A DNA stretch of 64,000 bases from positions 41,851 through 105,850 of the IMG/VR virus record IMGVR_UViG_3300012344_000017. One strand, 5' to 3'. The DNA is from a virus. Taxonomy: Duplodnaviria; Caudoviricetes. The notes beneath the pieces are model-generated. The model was not told the DNA's origin and did no database searches. It saw only the letters and a list, made by a program, of their open reading frames with translations. Numbering within the stretch: position 1 is the first letter of the stretch; every line of letters starts with the position of its first letter. The position numbers and the translations under genes are program-made. This document shows, one piece after another, positions 62,176-64,000 of the stretch.

Positions 62176-64000
62176 ATGGTAGATTTTAATTAGAAGCTCC
62201 ATAACACCGACAAGTTTAGATAGGCAGCTATCTTCTTTGAGGAACATGGATGTTATACCCTAGCTCCCATGGGTACTACTGATTATAACAAATATTGGGA
62301 GCAAGAAACAGATAGATGTCTTAATGGTTATACGGCTCCGGATGGAGAAGGTATAACAGGCTTTAATTATTTCTATCTCAACTACAGCCCTATCATGGCT
62401 CTTAAAGAAACAGAGTATACTGATAGAGAAGGTAATCTTAGAAAACGAAGAGAACGTATTCTTAAGTTCCCTAGTTTCTGGGACTACGATTACTATTACT
62501 TCTGTGCTATAGAGCAAGCGGAAATAGAAGGAAAACATATGGCTGTACTCAAATGCAGATAGCGTGGATATTCGTTTAAAGGAGCATCGATGCTAGTGCG
62601 AAATTACATGCTTATTCCTGGTTCTAAGAACTTCGCTGTAGCTTCAGAGTAGAAATTCCTTATTGGCGATGGTCTTCTTACCAAAGCTTGGCAGATAATG
62701 GACTTTCTTGATAAACATACAGCATGGGCCAAACAAAGACTTGTATCAACACGTATGGAAAGGGTGTCAGGTTATAAAATAACCGATGAGTTTGGTAAAT
62801 AGACCGAGTAGGGATATCTTTCTAGTATAGTAGGCATCACCCTTAAGAATGACCCAGAACGCATTCGTGGTACTCGTGGTAAACTTGTACTATGGGAGGA
62901 GGGTGGTAAATTCCCTAGCCTCCTTGACGCGTGGCGTATTGAGTAGCCATCTGTAGAAACCGACGATGGTGTAGCATTCGGAACAATGATAGCCTTTGGT
63001 ACAGGTGGTACAGAAGGAGCTTCATTCGATGGTTTGAAAGAGTTATTCTACAAACCTAAGGCTTATAACGTACTTAGTTTTCCCAACAAATGGGATGAAG
63101 GTAGAGAAAATACAGAATGTGGATTCTTTGTACCAGCTTACTCGAACCTAGAATCGTTTGGAGATGATGGTAAGCAGATGTATATGGATAGCGACGGTAA
63201 TAGCTACAAAGAGAAAGCTATCGAGAATCTCCTTGAACAACGAAATAAGATTAAAGAAGGTGGAGCGAGCCAGTAGTCTATAGACCGCTTTATATCGGAG
63301 CGTCCTATTAGACCAGCAGAGGCTGTACTTGAGCTTGGTAAAAACATCTTCCCTAGAAAGCTTTTAATGGATCAATTAACTCGTATACGTACGAATAAGA
63401 AGCTTCAAAGCATGAAGCATATAGTTGATCTAGAATGGGATGGAAATGGTCAGGTAAAGGCTACAGAGAAGCCTGGTGGAGATATAACTAATTACCCTTT
63501 AAAGAAGGGTGATAAACCACATGGTTCTGTAGTAATATGGGAGTATCCAGTTAAAGATCCACCTTTGGGTTTATATATAGCAGGATGTGATCCTTATGAT
63601 CACGATGATTCCTTTACAAACTCATTAGGCTCTACGTTTATATTTAAGCGTGTACGAGCCGGGGAAGCCTGGAACGATGTAATAGTGGCAGAGTATTCTG
63701 GTCGCCCTGATACAGCAGAAGAGTACTACGAGAATGTGCGTAAGCTGCTTACATTCTATAATGCCAGATTACTGTTTGAGAATGAAAGAAAAGGTATCTA
63801 CCCTTACTTTACGAATAAACACTGCGATTACCTCTTGGCTGATTAGCCGGATAAGATTATATCTGAGGTATTTAAAGATAGTAAGGTGTAGAGAAGAAAA
63901 GGATGTCATATGACAAAGCAGATCAGAGCATATGGCGAAGGGTTAATATTAGAGTGGTTACTGGACGAATATGAACCAGGCCACCCTAATGTAGAAAGAG
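62176..64000 (+). CDS. terL: Terminase large subunit (3'-partial, TAG=Gln)
   Basis: Walker A LKCR(TAG)RGYS = KxRQxG; Walker B LVLWEEGG; nuclease motifs YIAGCDPY and LFENE. Confidence 0.93.

Noticed and set aside
1-64000. Phage release factor or aminoacyl-tRNA synthetase supporting the recoding
   Set aside because: No GGQ-type or synthetase motifs recognised in this window; such genes could lie outside it.

Overview
Segment of a crAss-like (Crassvirales) phage genome, probably infecting Bacteroidales, that uses two genetic codes. On the + strand, late and virion genes read TAG as Gln: the apparently fragmented ORFs share frames and join into a >4300-aa virion RNA polymerase protein (<1-13013, DFDID motif), a 2122-aa polyvalent virion protein (13013-19381), tail-fibre-like genes and terminase (54208->64000). 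An amber suppressor tRNA (CUA) is encoded at 52686-52757. On the - strand are a replication block that never uses TAG (19463-33578: exonuclease, primase, SSB-like protein, Sak4-like ATPase split by a group I intron with an HNH gene, DnaB, PolB) and an early block in which TAG still acts as a stop (33583-48254, including an ECF sigma factor). The non-coding DNA is unusually rich: a circularly permuted two-piece tmRNA, several anticodon-less mini-tRNA elements in front of genes, a hairpin-displayed TGATACGAAGATACT motif (5 copies), a 2.1-kb ORF-free structured region, repeated CGAG-loop hairpins and a five-copy candidate early promoter. All calls come from reading the sequence by eye; no searches were run.
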